Shown here one piece after another: positions 62,524 through 64,000 of a stretch of 64,000 nt of DNA. Location: contig OY253683.1 in assembly GCA_958009085.1 (NCBI GenBank), positions 62,001 to 126,000 of the forward strand. Reading direction: 5' to 3'. Position 1 is the stretch's first letter. Each line of letters starts with the position of its first letter. The notes beneath the pieces are model-generated. The model ran no database searches, was not told the DNA's origin, and saw only the letters and a list, made by a program, of their open reading frames with translations. Made by a program: the position numbers and the translations under genes. Origin of the DNA: Protoeuglena noctilucae (Eukaryota).

Positions 62524-64000
62524 TCAGTCCAACCAGACTTGCTCGCCGCGCATGACGCTGAGGAGGGCGTGCACAAGGGTGTTCTTGAGGACGGGTTTGG
62601 AGATGAACCCCGTCATCCCCGCCTCGCGGCAGGCCTTGCGGTCGCGCTCGCCGGCGTTGGCGGTCATGGCTAGGATGGGGAGGCCGATGCGCCTGTCGCG
62701 GATGGCCCGCGTCGACTCGAGGCCGTTCATCTCGGGCATGAGCATGTCCATCAGCACGACGTCGAAGCCCGACGGGTTCCCGGCCACCATCTCCAGCGCC
62801 TCGAGGCCGTTCTGGGCCACCTGCACCTGCACGTTCAGCTGCCGCAGGACCTTGCACGCCACCTTCTGGTTGATGTGGTTGTCCTCCACCTGCGGACCCA
62901 AAAAGCATCGCCGATTCCCTCCAAACGCCGCTTTCTTTCACGCTACCGCGTTCTTCACGCCAGAACCAGTCGCAATGCTCGGCAGGTCACTCACGAGCAG
63001 CACGCGGACGCCCTCCAGCTTGTCCACGCCTCCCGCATCACCCGCGCTGGCCGGCCCCGCTCCTCCGCCGGTGTCTCGTGCAACCGACAGGCTCGACCGG
63101 CCCGGGCTCATCATGAGCGGCGACGCGGCGTAGAGCGACGGGCGCGGGGCCTCTTTGCCCGAAGACGCCGGGTCTTGCGGATGGGGCCCTGCCGCCCCAC
63201 CTGCTGCCCCACCTGCACACGCACTAGACGATCGCCCCGTGGGCTCCTCTGCGAAAAGAGGAGAGCCGTGCCGCGATTACCGAGTGCTGTGACTGGACAA
63301 CGCAGCGCAGTCGTTCCCTGCGACCAACCCAAGCATCACATGCGCACCTCGGCTGCTCCCTGCCGGCGTCCTCGACGCCCGCCACTCCGACAGCGCCTCC
63401 GCCAGACGCGCCGACGCCTGCCCCGCCCGCCCACCCGCCTCCCCTCGCGACCCTCCGCTGTCGTGGCTCCCTTGGGAACCCCCGCTTGACCCCACCCCCA
63501 CCGCCTCCGTGACGCGCCCGTCCTGCCCAGCGCCGCCCCCGCTCGCGCCCGTCCGCGTTCCAGAGCAAGACCCCTCAGATCGACTCACCCCCACCGGCAG
63601 CTGCCCGGGGGAGTAGAGCGCCGATGCCGCTTCGACCCCGCCGGTCCCAAACGCCCCGTGCCCCGTCAAGAAGCCCTCGTGCATGCTAATGCTCGCTTTG
63701 CCCTCGCGCGGGAGACCCTGTCCCTCCCCCGTGGCATCCCCGGCGCCCCACCCGCCCTGCCCAGACACATCCACGCTGTGTCGCCACCCGGACCCCCTGG
63801 CGCGGTCGAGAGACTCTAGCATTATCGACCCGTCCTGCTGCGCCGCGCGGGGTGCCGGGCTGGCTTCGGAGGGCCAAGGGCTGCGGCCCTGCGCCTGGGC
63901 AGGTGGGGGCGCAGGTGGGCCTGCCATGCTGTGGAGGTTGATGACGATACTGCGCGCGTCCCAGGGCAGGGGGCCCTCTAAGGAGACCCGATGCGTCGGC
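62524..64000 (-). CDS. C-terminal response-regulator receiver domain, probably of a hybrid histidine kinase (5' part outside window)
   Basis: LEGVRVLL|VEDNHINQKVA...AQNGLEAL...FDVVLMDMLMPEMNGLESTRAIR...PILAMTANA...CREAGMTGFISKP. The acidic pocket, phospho-Asp, Thr and Lys are intact, and the style is typical of hybrid kinase receivers. It is preceded by low-complexity exons. Confidence 0.88.

Noticed and set aside
1..64000. Genome-wide alternative genetic code (TAA/TAG=Gln or TGA reassigned)
   Set aside because: TAA (RNR1), TAG (J-protein, U2A') and TGA (CPOX, RPA1, Hydin) all end proteins at plausible C-termini. Only one isolated in-frame TGA was seen.

Overview
This window is eukaryotic nuclear DNA, not prokaryotic: it is very GC-rich (about 70% by eye) and gene-dense, with many short spliceosomal introns, so the six-frame ORF track is mostly exon fragments and GC-driven shadow ORFs. 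It is most consistent with a flagellated green alga (Viridiplantae). Support: plastid-type CPOX and a starch phosphoglucan phosphatase with transit-peptide-like N-termini, a plant-type insert in RNR1, an NUOP3/C1-FDX-like protein, and Hydin plus FAM221. By manual splicing I count about 19 genes: four hypothetical low-complexity genes, FAM221-like, an LSF2/SEX4-like phosphatase, an LRR/F-box-like protein, an alpha/beta hydrolase with a UIM, a NAK-family kinase, a TPR+J-domain protein beyond a 200-N gap, complex I ferredoxin-like subunit, coproporphyrinogen oxidase, TMEM62-like metallophosphoesterase, RPA70, U2A', RNR large subunit, a ~17.8 kb Hydin gene, a membrane class III cyclase with a degenerate active site, and the 3' end of a receiver-domain (probable hybrid histidine kinase) gene. 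Most notable: (1) at least 11 non-canonical GC-AG introns, all starting GCGAG; (2) an in-frame TGA inside an otherwise in-register LRR exon; (3) an apparent LRR + F-box + dynein-MTBD-like architecture; (4) a receiver gene about 107 bp upstream of a pseudo-cyclase on the same strand; (5) a possible NAK kinase-TPR-J fusion across the gap. I saw no rRNA, tRNA, CRISPR or recognisable transposon. All exon models are manual and unverified by RNA data.
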